Shown here piece by piece: positions 35,594 through 37,286 of a stretch of DNA of 37,286 nt. A model generated the notes under the pieces. It made no database searches. It saw only the letters and a program-made list of their open reading frames with translations, and had not been told where the DNA came from. Position numbers and translations under genes: made by a program. The DNA lies in the IMG/VR virus record IMGVR_UViG_3300028829_004751, positions 1 to 37,286 of that record; one strand, 5' to 3'. Origin of the DNA: a virus (lineage: Duplodnaviria; Caudoviricetes). Positions within the stretch are counted from its first letter, which is position 1. Each line of letters opens with the position of its first letter.

Positions 35594-36190
35594 TTGGAAA
35601 AACAAGAGCGATACCATGATTATATGGGAAGAAGAATAAAAGAGAATGCTGTTGAAAAAGATGTAGGATTAATTTATGAACGAGTAGATGGTGTCGTATA
35701 TGGTAGACACCAAGGAACAACAGATAAATGGAAAATTGAAAAAAAAATGGAAAAATCAATATCTCCAAATGATATAAGACCAGAACCACAAACAATTGGT
35801 TGGGACTCTACTGCTGGACATGGTCACAACCAATATACAAAAGAGGAAATTGAAGATTTAGGTTTTAAAGTTACCATGGAACGTCAAAAAGATGGTTCTA
35901 TAACTATTGGACCTAAAACAAATATCTATAAGTTTAATGAAGACAAACTGATAGAAGAGTTTACAGACTATATTGATAGCACTTATGCTTCTCACTATAA
36001 TACAAATAAAATTCAATCTATGGAGAATATTATAGATAAAGGTCATGGCACCGGATTTTGTATGGGTAATGTAGATAAATATGCAAGTAGATATTTAAAT
36101 AAAGGTACGAGAGACGATGCTCGTAAAGATCTAATGAAGGTGTTACATTACGCTCTTCTTCAATTATATATACACGATAACAATCTATAA
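35594..36190 (+). CDS. DUF3310-family protein with N-terminal extension
   Basis: C-terminal SHY...GFCMGNVDKYASRY..KG....DLMKVLHY. Confidence 0.75.
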   Translation: MEKQERYHDYMGRRIKENAVEKDVGLIYERVDGVVYGRHQGTTDKWKIEKKMEKSISPNDIRPEPQTIGWDSTAGHGHNQYTKEEIEDLGFKVTMERQKDGSITIGPKTNIYKFNEDKLIEEFTDYIDSTYASHYNTNKIQSMENIIDKGHGTGFCMGNVDKYASRYLNKGTRDDARKDLMKVLHYALLQLYIHDNNL

Positions 36191-36203
36191 AGTTATTTTA
36201 AGC

Positions 36204-36232
36204 TTTCTTAATGCTTATTTTTGTTCTATATT
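36204..36232 (+). promoter_or_regulatory. Possible promoter giving a leaderless ligase mRNA
   Basis: TTTCTT-17-TATATT, then 6 nt to ATG 36239; no SD. Confidence 0.4.
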
Positions 36233-36238
36233 CATAAT

Positions 36239-37286
36239 ATGATTTATAAAGAACTTAAAACACTTATACAAGAACATAGTAAACTATACTATGATGATTA
36301 TGCACCTGAAATTACAGATGCAGAATTTGATCAACTGTATGATAATCTAGAAGCTATGGAATCCGCCCAAGGTTGGCGTGATCATGATTCTCCTACTTTC
36401 CGCGTTGGTGGAAAGGCAGGCAAAGTAACTCATCCGTATCCTTTATATTCGTTACGTAAAGTATATGATATAGGTGAAGTTGATGCGTTTATGGATGTTA
36501 GACTTCCAAAAATTGATGGCACTAATCTTAGTTTAATCTATACTAATGGTAGATTAACTACTGCACTAACTCGTGGTAATGGCGAGCGTGGAGAAGATGT
36601 TACACATTTGGCAGTAGCTATTGCTAATATACCTACACGTATAGATACACAATATGATGAAGTAGTAATTAATGGTGAGTGTGTAACTGATAATGACGTA
36701 GAAAATTTTAGAAACTACGTCAGTGGTGCGCTCGGTCTTAAATCTGCTATAGAGTTTACAGAGCGTAACATCATATTTATTGCTCATGACTGGTTAGGTG
36801 CTCATTTTGGGTACAAAGCTCGTATGGAAATTGTTAAGAATATGGGATTCTTTACAGTAATGGAAGATGATGCATGGACCTATCCTATGGATGGTGTAGT
36901 ATACCGTGCTGATTCTTACGCTAAATGTTTAAAATTAGGTTATACGTCTAAGTTTCCTAAATTTGCAGTAGCTCTTAAAGAACGTGAAACAGAAACAGCT
37001 ATTACTACTTTACAAGATGTGTTGTGGGTAGTAGGTAGAACTGGTACCGTTAATCCTACAGCAGTTATTGATCCCGTAGTTTTAGAAGATGCTACAATTT
37101 CTAGAGTTACTCTACATAATCTAGGTATTATCGAAGAACATAATCTTGGATTAGGTGACATGATTCAAATTGAGCGTGCTGGCGGTGTTATTCCTAAGTT
37201 TCTTCGTGTAATCGAACACTCTAAACATGGTATTAAGATAACTAAAGATCATGCAGAAACTACCATTGGTATGGATACAAAGTTAG
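36239..37286 (+). CDS. ligA: NAD-dependent DNA ligase (truncated by window end; not in ORF track)
   Basis: Manual translation: LYYDDYAPEITDAEFDQL, SPTFRVGG, HPYPLYSL, PKIDG (KxDG), TRGNGERGEDVT, DGVV, VGRTGTVNP, VTLHN, RAGGVIP. Confidence 0.95.
   Translation, partial: MIYKELKTLIQEHSKLYYDDYAPEITDAEFDQLYDNLEAMESAQGWRDHDSPTFRVGGKAGKVTHPYPLYSLRKVYDIGEVDAFMDVRLPKIDGTNLSLIYTNGRLTTALTRGNGERGEDVTHLAVAIANIPTRIDTQYDEVVINGECVTDNDVENFRNYVSGALGLKSAIEFTERNIIFIAHDWLGAHFGYKARMEIVKNMGFFTVMEDDAWTYPMDGVVYRADSYAKCLKLGYTSKFPKFAVALKERETETAITTLQDVLWVVGRTGTVNPTAVIDPVVLEDATISRVTLHNLGIIEEHNLGLGDMIQIERAGGVIPKFLRVIEHSKHGIKITKDHAETTIGMDTKL

Noticed and set aside
518-37161. Short opposite-strand or out-of-frame ORFs in the track (e.g. 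518..793, 1292..1558, 2816..3019, 3116..3361, 16273..16485, 16673..16996, 20922..21134, 23919..24137, 31538..31765, 35463..35795, 36566..36787, 36940..37161)
   Set aside because: Shadows of well-supported genes; no motifs or RBS
1-37286. Stop-codon reassignment (alternative genetic code)
   Set aside because: Recognisable enzymes are full length in code 11, coding density is high, and TAA, TAG and TGA all terminate genes

Overview
AT-rich, gene-dense segment of a large lytic dsDNA phage genome, with no sign of a bacterial chromosome. The host is probably a Gram-negative alphaproteobacterium, inferred from the spanins, a circularly permuted alpha-type tmRNA, an alpha-like bS21 and a GapR/DsbA-like protein. 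The left arm (1-10.7 kb, minus strand) holds a lysis cassette (GH19 endolysin, i- and o-spanin), a PD-(D/E)XK nuclease, a 2OG-oxygenase/carbamoyltransferase/SGNH/sulfotransferase block and small orphan genes. A divergent promoter region at about 10.7-10.9 kb switches to the plus strand. The plus strand carries a signal-peptide-less TRAP DctP-like protein, a translation module (bS21, two-piece tmRNA), about 16 kb of nucleotide-sugar synthesis, glycosyltransferase and tailoring genes, an IscA/ErpA carrier, and then a T5-like replication block (PC4, D3-like, NAD-dependent ligase cut by the window edge). Main observations: (i) a roughly 27-enzyme hydroxylate/glycosylate/decorate island with no membrane export components, suggesting a cytoplasmic substrate such as phage DNA or virion proteins; (ii) two gene cassettes each bounded by 38-45 bp direct repeats that include the start codon; (iii) an antisense gene sharing a CATG start with its divergent paralog; (iv) a probable ATT start codon; (v) leaderless promoters. 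All protein calls come from motif recognition by eye, with no database searches.
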